From: Selaginella moellendorffii
Lineage: Eukaryota; Plantae; Lycopodiophyta
Assembly (NCBI RefSeq): GCF_000143415.4
Contig: NW_003314267.1
Coordinates: 1,371,524 to 1,435,523, forward strand
DNA length: 64,000 bases
Reading direction: 5' to 3'
Part shown: positions 11,397-24,065 of the stretch, in pieces
Numbering within the stretch: position 1 is the first letter of the stretch
Layout of the letters: every line of letters begins with the position of its first letter
Program-made: the position numbers and the translations under genes
The notes under the pieces: model-generated
Told to the model about the DNA's origin: nothing
Seen by the model: the letters and a program-made list of their open reading frames with translations, nothing else
Databases searched by the model: none

Positions 11397-12515
11397 GTGA
11401 ACCTGCTGCTGCGCTCAACACAAGACCTGGGAGCTGAGAAACAACGTTGGGCATCTGCGACTTCAGAACTTCAATCCAGTTGAAGACGTACATGACAATG
11501 GTCCAACCTCAATGAAAACAACAATCATGAAAACTCTGGCTGTTCAAGGATATGGAAGTCGAAGTTTGACAGGTGCTTGTTCTAACCAAAATGCTTGTTC
11601 AACGAATTGAGAGGCTTCAACCCCAGGTCTATGTTCTCTTTAGTTTTCTTTATGGTTTCTCTAACTTCCTTTTGTTTTTGCAACGCCATGAGATTGCAAC
11701 GGTGACATAGAACAATGTTCCATAGCGATAGGTAGATGGAAGTGTACGCTTTGGCATTGGCAAAATGAGACGACCTACACAAAGCTACACTGTGGTTTCC
11801 TTGAAAAGAAATGAATACATTTACAAACATTTGCCAAGTAGTTAATAAAAAACACCAGCTCTATTTTGTTAAAGTGGGATTTATTCAGTAAAATGGGACT
11901 AGGTACAAATTTTCAAGTATTTGAAAATGACGTGAAATTATATGTTTTTTGTCTAGGGGCTAGACATATCTGGGGCATGGTGACTAGCGCGGTGACTTTG
12001 TGTCCAGACTGAGTCCATCTGGTTGTATAATAAATCTCATTGTCAAGGTGAACAAGCCGAATCTGAAGCTAAAGAAGAGCGATGGCATGCGCGCACACAC
12101 TATTTGTTTGTTCATTGAGCGTGTGGTGAGCTTTCCAAGATGAACGTCATTCCTATTAGCCAGACATATAACTTAATGGTGAGAACATTTAGATATTATT
12201 CAATGTTATCTTTTTCTAACGAATCTAATTGTGAAGGTGTAGCAAGAGGCATTGCTAGTCTGGAGAAGTCATTTAACTCATTTGACCCTTAGTGTATTTT
12301 CATGAAACTAAATAACATTCATATTATTAAGGAATTTCTCTAGTACCTTTTTTTTACGACATAGAGGCTTGCATTTCTTTCAAAGGTGATTTAGTAAAAG
12401 GCCTGAGGGCACATGCCATTCTATTTCTCAAACCGGTATTAAGATATACTAGTGCAAAGGGAAAAAGGTATTTGGTGATCAAGTAAATGGCATGAGGGCA
12501 CACGCCATTATAAGC

Positions 12516-12875
12516 CTAAGCGCTAGTGGACACCTCCTTTTTGGTACTCTTAGCAATACTATCATCCTTCTCCGGGTCAATTGTTTTGCTTTGGATTGTT
12601 GTCTCTGACGTTACTGGGGTGTTCTCGATAGTTGTTAATGTTGCCGTTTGTTCAGAAAAATGATCACCTGGAGTATAGTACGGGGAGTTTGGAAGACTTA
12701 TATATTCTACATCTTCACCTATCTCCTTCTCCGTCTCCTTTTCTGCCTCACTTACAGATTTTGTGCTTGCCATGAGAACGCTCTTCACCCTAAAATATGG
12801 AGTTCGTTGTGTTATAAAAGGAAACCAACACACACGCTGCAAGGGAATGATGGTACATAAAGCACGTAAACCCAC
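12516..12875 (-). CDS. Unknown Thr/Glu/Lys-rich exon inside transposon S
   Basis: 119-aa open frame (SEAEKETEKEIGEDVEYISLPNSPYY...) in AT-rich surroundings; no domain recognised. Confidence 0.3.
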   Translation of the reverse strand: MGLRALCTIIPLQRVCWFPFITQRTPYFRVKSVLMASTKSVSEAEKETEKEIGEDVEYISLPNSPYYTPGDHFSEQTATLTTIENTPVTSETTIQSKTIDPEKDDSIAKSTKKEVSTSA

Positions 12876-13486
12876 AATATGGGTTTATGTGCCATTAATA
12901 TGGGCCACACGCCATATTATTAGATTTATGCACGTGTGATTGGTAAATGCATATGTCACATCATCTTTGTTTTACCTCACACACTATATCAGGCCTAATG
13001 AACCATATCACATGTGCGCACATGCTATATATATGGAGAAGTATTATGCAAGGATAGAAAAATTCAATGCATGATTGTGGAGAGCAATGGCATGAAGCCA
13101 CATGCTAAATAACATTTTAGAGAAAGAATTAAAATAAAAACATGCAAACAGTACTGAGTGGACCAAGACTTAGAAGTGCACAATTGAATGAGGTATTTCT
13201 AATAAATATTTCACTCACCTCATATAGGAATGGCTACCACTCTCAAATGGCGTATCGCCTCATGCCATCACCTCGCAATTTGTTATAACAATCCGATGAA
13301 TTCATATTCGGCTTGTTCACCTTGAACTTTAAGTAAGATTTGCTAGAACAACTAAGAATTTATACTTGTTATTTGTATCATCTCACCTAGGAATGGCGTA
13401 AGGCCACATGCCATCACGCCTCCTCTGATTCAGATTCGGATTGTTCACCTTGAAATAAAATACATTAGAAATTTAGTAAAGGAATA

Positions 13487-16311
13487 TTAATGAATCTCAC
13501 CTTGAACCCGGGTTATGAATGCTCTTGCTGCATCTCTTGCATGGTCTGGCAAGGTGATGGTGGCACTCTGCTTCCGCATCCAACCATGCACAACATTATC
13601 CACCGATATGCTCATGCTGGGATCCCTTGGATTCAGCACCCATCTCTTTTCTAGGCAATCCTTCGTATATCCGAAACTTGGCTTGAACCACTCCACAGTT
13701 ACATTGAAGGAGTTAGTTTCCACGTCCTCCTCTGCATCAGTGATGCAGCGCCCCACCCATATCATTTGTTTTTTATTACTGGGTCTGACAAGCACGACCA
13801 TTCCTTTGCAGACCTGTACTGGATTGAATGCTGAATCCGGCTTCTTGTTCCTCGGCCCACAATAGTGATCCTCAACATCGTTATCTGTCACTGCATTTCC
13901 AGAGGACATTGTTCCACTACTATCTGGTGCTCTGGGTTCTGGCCAAAAGGACTCTTCCAATTCTTCATATACAATCGGCCCATTTTGGATAGCAGATATA
14001 ATCTTCTCCCAGTATTCGATCAAAGGCTTGCACCTCTGAAATAGGATTCTCCACCAAACACCAACCCCCTCTTCCAGAAGGCAATATGCTGTCTAATCCC
14101 GGCCACTATACTTTCCTGGTCTTTGAGTCCATCCGGGTGCATCGGCCGTGGGGAACCCTGAGGAATCATAGGTTCCCCAGTTATGGGATCTCTCTTGAAG
14201 AGTTCAATGCCATCCACTGGCAGCCACACTGTGTCCCATTCTCTCATCTTGTACCTCATCACTGGAGCACCGTCACGAATGCTGAAATGAAACTGAAGAG
14301 GCTTGGAGTGGCCAATCAGCGTTTCGGATCCGTCCCTGATGTAGCCTCTTACAAACCCCTTAAAGTCTGGAACCTCTATCACAAGTGCAGCTTCAACAAT
14401 GCCTTTGATGCAATTTTGGAATTCATCGTAGAGTTGTGGGAGGGTGAGGACATTGGATCGCCGGAGGGACTTTGCCAAGTGACTGAACATGGCATCGACG
14501 TCTTCATGAGTGTGCCCAACCATGAGAAAGCCAAGTGTAACCGTTTCAAATATGCCTTTGGCAACAAGCATCGCCAAGTACGCGAAGACGTACATGTTTT
14601 TGTTCTCACTGCCAGCATTGTCTGTTTGGAGCAGAAGATGGGGTGGAAGGCCACATCGGCCGCAAGAACTTCCTTGAGATTCTGCTTCGTTTGGATGAGG
14701 CTGTGCATTCACCGGGCGACCAGCCTCGTCGGAATGGCATGAGGCCTCACGTGATAACCCTACAATCTGACGGCCAACATATTCACTGGGATGGCATGGG
14801 GCCCCACGCGATATTGCAAGCCTTTGCTCCTCCTCCAGCTGAACCCTGTATGGGGTTCGATCGACAAGGGCCTTATGCAAGGGTTGGCCGTTCAGCTCAG
14901 TCTGCGCACTTTGCAGAGACCTTAAGTGTTTTGCTAGGGACGCAATCATCATGTTTGCACCCCCGCCACCCCATAGAGGTACAAAGAAGTTCCCATAGTT
15001 CTGGGCACCATGCCCATGAGCGATTATGCCAAACAAAGACACAGGCAGCTGCATGGATGAAGAGATTGCCTTGGGGGCAGGATTGAGTCGAGGTAAGCAC
15101 GTCTTTTTCTGGTCCATTTTGTCGTGGATGATGCAGAGGTAAGAGTCAGGTCTCTCCATGGAGAGAATCCTGTTATGATAATATGCAGTCCTGCAGCTTC
15201 TCTGCTCGATGTTGTGGTCGAGCTGCCTTCTAACCAACGTCTCTCGCTCTTGAGCGATGCAAGAATTCTTCGACAAAGCCATTTTGATAGCAGTGCACTC
15301 GTCACACTTTGAAAAGCTGGAGTACTTTCCTATACTCACATCCCTGAACCTGTTGCTCCACAATCTACTAAATCTAGATTGGCTCAGCTTCCTGTAGCCA
15401 TTACTCTGGAGTTCCCGATTCACATCTTCCAATATGGCCCCCTTGGTATACACGGAAGGGAGAACTCGTTGGGTGTCTCGAGTTCCATCTTCCAAGAGGC
15501 GGGTTTTATGTGGTTGCTGCTCACTACATGTCGTGACAAACCTCTTGAAGATTGCCTCTCCATATACAACATGACCCCTGGTTTTGTGAGTACCGTCGTT
15601 CCCATGGACTGCCTGTTGAACCCTTTGTTCCTCAAACTCAGTTTTGATTCTGTAGAATGTGGTTCGAGGGACTCTATAAATGATTCTCCATGCCTTCATG
15701 CAGACTAAACCCCTCTGGAAGACCATGCCCCCCACCTGATATTCTGAAGCATCAACAGATGACCGTAATGCCTCATACACAAAATTGCGAGCTACCTTCC
15801 AGGACAATGTCTTGTATCTTGCTCTCTCCTCTTCAATAGCATCCCAATCAGCACGTTGACAGCACCTCCTCTTGCAACAAGCAACTGTCGAGACCATTCG
15901 AACCTCCATCGCCATTTTCTGCCTTTTCGGTTCGTTGCTCAGATCCCTTTGGCTGCGCTTTAGGAAGGTGTACTTTCTTTTCCCATGAAGAGATGTTCTG
16001 TCATCAGTTGTAGTGGTGTTTGATTGTGAATCCTTCACATTCTCAAACACTAAGTGCCTCAATTTCCACCGCACAATGCTTCCAATAGTCAGACTGTTTT
16101 CTTCTGTGTCAACAACCTCTAAAATCGCAACTCCAATATCATCCCAGCCCAATTCTTGATTAGCAACCGCAACTCTTGGATCGACAACTGTGGCTAAGCC
16201 CTCAGCTACCACCTCCCCCTCGGGGTTGTTTAGAAACACCTTTGCCTGAATCCATGTAGCACGGTTCTTAAGATCCATGGAGGGAACATGCGTCGCACTT
16301 GCGGAGGCCAT
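13487..16311 (-). pseudogene. Sola-like/DUF7869-type DDD transposase with one frameshift near 14030 and a C-terminal beta-barrel-like domain
   Basis: CCKRRC, FSKCDEC..DH, IIHDKMDQ, LLLQTDNAGSENKN, FLMVGHTHEDVDAMFS. ORFs 14020-16311 and 13487-14023 overlap by a 1-nt shift. A splice acceptor at 16313-16314 implies upstream exons beyond element B. Confidence 0.75.
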
Positions 16312-18366
16312 TCTGAAAGTGCAGAAAAGAAGTTAAGACCATACAAAAAGTGATTGGAGAATGGCCTAAATCATAACATACCAAACAACCTCAATAGCAT
16401 GAGGCCACATGCCATTATTCAAACATGTGTAAGCCACAAATTTTTCCTTTCCAATTTGCCAGCTTACCTCGTCTATCCGTCCAACACCGCCTTGGCCTTT
16501 GCTAAGTTCCCTTGCCAAGGTTCTCGCCTAGGGTACCAGCTCCTACTTGGTCTCAGCTACTCACTGCACGAGCAACGGAGTGTTATCCATCCATCCACGG
16601 ATTCCCAAATCACTCCCAATCCCCCTCCTTGGGTTAGACTGGACTTAAGGTTCGGCTACACTCCCCGCAAGCACAAGCAGCCAAGCACACCAAGCTTCCA
16701 TGTTCCTAACATCCCTTGGTACCACAAGACTTGATCATGGGACCCTCTAAATCCCAAGTCTTGAGTGCAACATTTGCTTCGGGATGCCGGGGCGAAACAT
16801 CGTGGCCTAGCGGCCCGGTATGGGTACCTCTACCCCCCCACTTCCATCCCGAAGGAAGGCCCAAGCCCCTAGGAAGGGCGAGGACCAATGAGCTGCATGG
16901 TACTCAAGTGGGGCACCACTCCACATGAGCCGGGAGCACCGCAATCGGTTTCCCTTTCGGGAGTGGGAGCTGCTCTTGAGCACTTCCTTGGATGGCCCCT
17001 CCGGCACCAGCCAAGTCCATGCTCACTCCCACCCAAGGCCCCTCAGCCCCAGTCTCAACCTCAAGTCGGTTTGGAAGCCCAACTGGAGAGTCCCTTCAAA
17101 ATTGGTTCCTGGACCTCACTATCCCTACTATACTTTTGGAACCCCCTGGAGCCCCCCCCCCCCCCCCCCTGGGAGACGCACGCTTTGGGCTTTCACCCCT
17201 TGACCCGTATTAGTATTTGGACTTAGTCTCTGGCTCGATCTCGGACCCGATTTCGGATCCGACTTCGGATTCGGTCTCGGATTCGATCTCGGACTCGATC
17301 TCGGACCCGATCTCGGACCCGACCTCGGACTCGAGCTCGGACTCGGTCTCGGACCCGATTTCGGATCTCGGACTCCGTCTCGAACTCGGTCTCGAACTCG
17401 GACTCGAACTCGGTCCCCGAGTCGGTCTTGGACTCGATTCCAGACTCTATCTCGAACTCGGTCCTAGAGTCAGTCTTGGACTCGATCTTCGACTTGGTCC
17501 CATCCGATGAACTCTTTGTCATTTTGGTCATGCTTTCGGGGTTCCTTTAGCCTACGACACCTCGGCGAGTTGGTTCCTTACAACTCCACCACCCATAGAA
17601 GAAGTTCGATGCCCACATCGAACGTCTCTTTTTATCCTACGACTTGTTGACCATGTCTTCGGGGGCATCCCCCCACTTAGCGGTGTGCCTAAGTTAGCCT
17701 CCTTGGCCAAGAGCCCATGACAATGGAATATAGGTGTCCCTATACTCCTCACCTCACCACGCCCTAGTATAGGGTCGGGACTTGAACCCAGCCTTGCTTT
17801 ACTAGGGGGTTGGGACTTGAACCCAACCTCTATAGAATACGTCTACGGATTCGACATCCCCGCAGGGAGTCGGGCGTAGCTCCCTACGCCTGGTCGACCT
17901 AGCTAACCCATGCTAATTAGCTTACCTTCGGCGTGCCTTCGGGTCCCAACATATGCCATTGCTCAACTTCTCAAATTGATACTTTTAATTGAACTTTGCA
18001 TAAGTACATAGAGTTCTACCATGCAGAAATTCCTCCACTAGATCTCGCGCATTCGCTAGGTTCTCCTCCGGTTCCCATGTTGCTTCGCAGTGTGGAAATC
18101 CTTTCCACTTCACATGGAACTCTCTCACCTCGCATCCTTGTCGCTTGCTCTTGCGCGCATTAGGGATGGCCTCGACTTCGTATTCCTCCCCCCCTTGGAT
18201 AATCTCAGGTAAAGGTCTTACTTGGTCCTTGCGAAGCGGATCCTCAAAATACGGCTTGAGTAAGTTCACGTGGAACACGGGATGCATCTTCCCCATCTCT
18301 CGAGGAAGTTGGAGACGGTAAGCCACTTTACCGATTCGAGCCTCAATCTCGTAAGGCCCCGCGAAC

Positions 18367-18418
18367 CTGCTTAAGGAACTCAAGATCAATTCATTTATAG
18401 GAATACATGCATTTTTAC
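18367..18418 (-). other. 52-nt GT-AG intron in the integrase GPY region
   Basis: CAAAG|gtaaaa...ttaagcag|G; removal restores KLTQRFAGPY and joins ORFs 18415-18843 and 17985-18389 in frame. Confidence 0.85.
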
Positions 18419-18836
18419 CTTTGGGTCAACTTCCGGCTGATCCCGCTTGGTAGCCTGAGGTTCTTGGTGTTCAGCCACACCTTCTCCCCAGCTTGGAACA
18501 CCACATCCCGACGCTTTTGGTTCGCGTACTTAGTTTGCCTTTGTTGAGCCCGTTCCAAGGAATCCCTCACTAGATTCCAAATGTTGAGTCTCTCCGCCGT
18601 GAATGCCTCCACTGCGGGTAACTCTCCATGATACTTGGCCACGCCGAGTTCCACAGGACCTTCAATAGCTCGCCCATTGATGACTTCCCATGGACTCACC
18701 CCGATGCTCGAATGTGGTGAGTTGTTATAACACATTTCCGCAAGTCCCAAATGACTTACCCAGTCGGTCTGGTCTCCCGAGACATAGCATCGCAAATAAT
18801 CCTCCAGCTGCCTATTTACCCTTTCCGTTTGTCCGT

Positions 18837-18883
18837 CTGTCAAGAAGTGTTAGTGCCATCAATCTTGACTTAATACCCATTAC
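18837..18883 (-). other. 47-nt GT-AG intron in the integrase core
   Basis: ACAG|gtaatg...cactaac...ttgacag|AC; removal restores YHPQTDGQTERVNR and joins ORFs 18870-20141 and 18415-18843 in frame. Confidence 0.85.
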
Positions 18884-21800
18884 CTGTCTGTGGGTGATAG
18901 GCTGTGCTGAATTTCAACTTGGTGCGATACTGTTCTAGGAGTGTCCTCCAGAACCTGCTAGTGAAGATCTTATCTCGATCTGAGATAATCTCTTCCGGCC
19001 TTCCCCGCACTCGAACCACTTGTTCGAAGAACAGCTTCGCCACACCTTCCGCATCCACTTCTGTTGTGGTGGGTATGAAATGTGCCATCTTTGAAAATTG
19101 GTCCACCACCACGAATATCACATCGAACCCCTCGCTTGGGGGTAGTCCCGTGATGAAGTCCATCGTGAGACATTTCCACGGACGATCTGGAATGGGGATG
19201 CTTTGCAACAAGCCCCCACTAGCCTTCGTCACGGCTTTGACTTGCTGACATGTGGGACATGTTTTTACATAGTCTTGGACGTCCTTAGCCATATCTGGCC
19301 AGTGATACTTCCTTTTGAGTAAGCCCATCATCTTGGGCACTCCGCCGTGTCCCGCGAGAGGTCCGTCATGACACTCTTCCAAGGCTACCTTCCTTAGTTC
19401 CCCTTCTGGAACATACACCCTCGTTTGCTTGTAATATATGAGTCCGTTGCGTTCCGCATAGCCCGTTTTCTCTTCCGTTGGCAGCTCACCTCTCTGGTGA
19501 GCTTCCCGCGCCTCTAGATTCCTTAGCAACACTTCTTGTGCTAGACCATCACTCCCATATGCGGTCCGCACATCATCCCAAAAGGTTGCTGTCGCGCTAG
19601 ATATTGCCAACTTCAAGCTCGCTTTTCGACTTAGCGCATCTGCCACGATGTTGCTCTTCCCAGGCTTGTACAGGATCTCGTAATCAAACTCGGCCAAAGC
19701 ATTGGCCCACCGACCTTGTTTTCCCCTTAGGTCGGGCTGTGACAAGAAGTGTTTCGTTGCCACATTGTCCGTGTAAACTTTGAAGTGTCTCCCAAGGTAG
19801 TGTCGCCACTCCTTGAGCGCCTTGACCACCGCAAACAATTCCTTCTCATGGGCAGGCCACTTCCGTTGAGCCTTGTCCAACTTCTTCGAGAAGAATGCTA
19901 CTGGATGGTTGTCCTGCTTCAAAACCGCGCCCAACGCAAAGTCCAAAGCATCCGTTTCTACCTCAAAGTCCTTACCGAAGTCCGGTAATGCCAACACGGG
20001 AGCCTTCCTCAATTTCTCTTTGAGGTGGACGAATGCCGCCTCGCATTCCGCTGTCCATACCATCTTCCCTTTTCCTGTTTGGTCCGTAAGGGCAGGGCTA
20101 CTCTCGAATAGTGTCTGATAAACTTTCGATAGTAGTTGCATAGCCCCAAGAATGCCCTCAACTCATGTACATTCGATGGTCGCTCCCATTCCTAGATCGC
20201 TTGGACCTTCTCTGGGTCCACCTTGAGCCCGTCTTGGCCCACCACATGCCCGAGAAACTTTACCTCTTGTTGAGCAAAGTCACATTTGCTCTCTTTAGCA
20301 TACAGTTTGTGTTCCCTTAGTTTCTCAAACACCTTCGCCAAGTGTTCGGCATGCTCCTCTAGCGTCTCGCTATAGATCAGGATGTCGTCAATATAGACGA
20401 CCACGAAGTGATCCAGATAGGGTACAAAGATGTGGTTCATCAACGCCGAAAATGTTGCCGGTGCATTGCACAGCCCAAAGGGCATCACCAGAAACTCAAA
20501 GCTCCCATACCTCGTTCGACAGGTTGTCTTCTCGACATCTTCCTTAGCTACCCTGATCTGGTAGTATCCTGACCTTAGGTCAATCCTCGAGAAGTATTTT
20601 GCCTTTCCCAACCTATCGAACAGGTCCTCAATCCTTGGCAAAGGGTATTTGTTCTTCTTTGTATACTTGTTGAGCAACCGGTAATCGATGCACATGCGCA
20701 TAGATCCATCTTTCTTTTTCACAAATAACACCGGCGCCCCATACGGCGACTTGCTCAACCTCACATACCCTTTGTCCACCAACTCCTCTAGTTAGCACTT
20801 GAGCTTCTTGAGTTCTTTCTCGTTCAAACGATAGGGGGGACGAACCACCGCCTCAGCACCCTCGACCAGCTCAATCTTATGTTCTATCGGTCGTGCGGGG
20901 GGCAACCCTGCCGGTAGCTCCTCCGGCATGGTATCCTGGAATTGGTCCAACACCCGCTGGATCACTAAAGGTACTTCTTCTGTTCCTGTCTTTTTGTCAC
21001 TCTTCACCGAGAGTAAGCACAAAAAGGCTGCTTTAGTTCCTTTAGTGAGTTGTCCTCTCGTGGACACCAGGTTTAAGCAAGATTCTTTGGCCTTACTTTG
21101 CCCTACCTTTAGATCTTGGGCCTCCACCCTAGATCTTCTTCCTTGGGCATTCGCCAGTACCACAAGGTTCCTACCTTATCCATGTAGGGCTACCACGAAC
21201 CGATTGAACCAATCCATTCCAAAGATCACGTCAAATCCCGCCATGTCCAACACGGTGAAATCCATGTCTACTTTCCAAGTCCCTACTTCGACTCTCGCTT
21301 GTCGAAGTACCTCATCAGTGCTTTGGCTACCTTGAACAAACTCTATAGTCCTTGGTTTGCCTAGCCGCTGCACCGTTAGTCCGGCTTGCCGGACTATGTC
21401 TGCAGCCACAAAATTATCCGAAGGACCCGTGTCAATAAGGATCTTAACAAAGCTACCTCCGAGCTTCCCTCGGAGGGCTAGTAGATGTCGCAAACGACTC
21501 TCTACCAAAGTTGCTCGTGTAATGAGTAACTTTGAGTTAGGGACTGGATCACATACCTCAGTTTGGACTTCACCCGACTTGATGGCCATATTGGCTCTGG
21601 CCTTCTTCGGGTAGGGACATTCCCTCGAAAAGTGTCCCGCTTCACCGCAGTTGTAGTATACGTTGTTTCCCACGCTGCTATATGACTTGACCTTCTTATC
21701 CGTGGGTTTGTCTCTTTTCGCTTGACTCCCCCACGTACTCGCTCGCTGGCCACCGGATTTGCCTTTCCGAAACCCCGAGGACTCATTCTTAGAGAAACTC

Positions 21801-22520
21801 TTCTTGAATTTCCCCCTGCTATACGTTCCTCTTGGTTTGGCCCCTTTGCTAAATGTGGATCCCGACCCCGTCGTGTTCCCCTTTTGCAGGTTATCGTTGA
21901 AATGCACCTTGATAGCCGCATCCAAAGCTTCCTTGTAGTTGGTCGGGTTCTAGCGCATCACCTCACCGCGAGCCCAGGTTTGCAAACCTGATATAAAGGC
22001 ATGGAACGCATCCATATCCCCTATGTCCGTGACAAGTATCCTCTTTGCCATGAACCCATTCACATATTCCTGGATGGTTCCAGTCTGCTTCAGCCTACTC
22101 AGCTCATCTCTCAGATGCAGAGTGGCATTCAGAGGAACGTATGTTGCGCGGATCCTCGCCTTCATCATGTCCCAGGTGGCCACCGGTCCTTCGTTGGCCT
22201 CCGTTGTTCTCCACCAAGACTTGGCATTATCTGCCAAGTATGGTTTTGCACATGGGACCTTCTCCGAGCTCGGTAACCGCAACGCTCGGAAGTAGTCCTC
22301 CATATCGTAAAACCAATCCTCCACAACCTTATAGTCGTTCACTCCCTTGAACACCGGTGGGGGCTTTGGTTTGTACTTGGGAACTGCCTGAGGGACTGAT
22401 TCCACTTCGGTCTATTCGACCTTGTCTGGTTTTGCCTCAGTCCCTGCCGAAGGGTCCGCACCTTCTGCGCTGCTAGCATCCGCAGTCTTTCGCTTTTTCT
22501 TCCGCTTCTCATCACACTTT

Positions 22521-24065
22521 TGTAAGAGACTAAATTTTCCATTTTACTTTAGTCACTTAACCACACCTCCGACCACTTGGAGGAGTCTCACTCACAACCT
22601 CCGCAAGTCCTATTTTGGGCTTGGGCTTACTAGCCCCGAGAATGGCATCCCCACCACTCAACTTCGTGCACTTGGTCCAAGTGCTCCACGTGTCCGATCC
22701 CATGACCGACACCCCAAGGCACCACCAACATACCAGCCCGTTAAGCTAGGCCATGCCCAATCACCTTGGTCACCTCGGTGGTCCAACACCACCAACATTG
22801 CAATCCCGTCTCTCCAAGACTGGGCCATCCGTCCATGAGTGGTCATCCCAGATCCACTCCTTAGCATCCTTAGGATGCCCCCAGACATGGGGAATAGCCT
22901 TCCCCAATATCCCTCTGTCAGTCCCCACTAAGTCCCTTTCTGCCCTTGGCCGTGTTTGCCAACACTGCCACTGGATCGAGGCCCACAGGCCCGACCACTA
23001 AGTCCCACGGTCCTCTGGGACTTCCTCACCACACAACTGTGTCCTTGGTCACTACCTCAGAGGACTGCTCCTCTTCCTTTCCACAGTCTGGGCCTTTGGG
23101 ACAACATTTTGGAACCCCGTGGCCTTACGGGAGCCCCCGGGGTATTTTCCCCCCTTTCCACCCTTGGGTGTTTTACCCATGGGCTTAGAGCGAGGTTCCG
23201 TTGAGCCATCCCTGGTATCCAAGTAGGTAGTGCCCCCCCCCCTTGGATTGGGAGCATTGGCCAGTCGATTTCCCGGGGGAACTAAAGCTGGTTTTTGAAC
23301 ACTTCCCCAAGTTACCCCGTTTGTCGGTCCGGGTTCACTTTAGTTTTGGACTTCCCAGGGGTCAGCTCATCCCCCAACACTGGGTTTGGCCTTCCTGGGC
23401 CAAACTGGCCTTTACTGGCTCCATTAGGCTCCAACCCCCACACTTTCCCTATTATATTTTTGGAACCCCTGGAAGCCCCCCCCCCCCCCCCCCCTGGGGG
23501 ATGATCGCTTTGGGCTTTCACTCAACTGCCTGTATTAGTATTCGGACTCGGGCTCGAACTCGGACTCGGACTCGGTCTCGGTCCGGTTTCGGACTCGGAC
23601 TCGATCTCGGTCTCGGGCTCGGCCTCGGTCTCGGTCTCGATCTCGGTTCCATCTCGGACTCCATCTCGGACTCCATCTTGGGTCCATCTCGGACTCCATC
23701 TCGGACTCCATCTCGGGTCCATCTCGGACTCAATCTCGAACTCCATCTCGGGTCCATCTCGGACTCCATCTCGGACTCCATCTCGGGTCCATCTCGGACT
23801 CTATCTCAGACTCCATCTCGGGTCCATCCCGGACACTTCCACGTGTCATGTGTTGGTCCTTTTGGGTCCCTTTTTGGAGCCTCGCTTATTGCTCGCTTCG
23901 TGCTCATTCCTCGAGCACTTCGTTAGGAGTTCCACTCCCGCTCTCGACCTTTCAAGTCGTAGCTTTTGGCCCAAACGTGTTACACTCGTTTGGCTTTCGC
24001 TTCGGCCACTACCATGTGGCACCCTTCCGGCTCCACTTTGGGGCCTAGGGACTTTGTGTCTCACA
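22521..24065 (-). mobile_element. Solo LTR of family C inserted in gag of element B
   Basis: TGTAAG...CTCACA; TSD ACTTT/GCTTT (1 mismatch); the gag frame resumes across it (VRKLK|CDEKRKKK). Confidence 0.9.

Noticed and set aside
11397-11483. LGAEKQRWASATSEL resembles a dynein heavy-chain stalk peptide
   Set aside because: Too short and followed by stops; the origin of 11397-11856 is unresolved.
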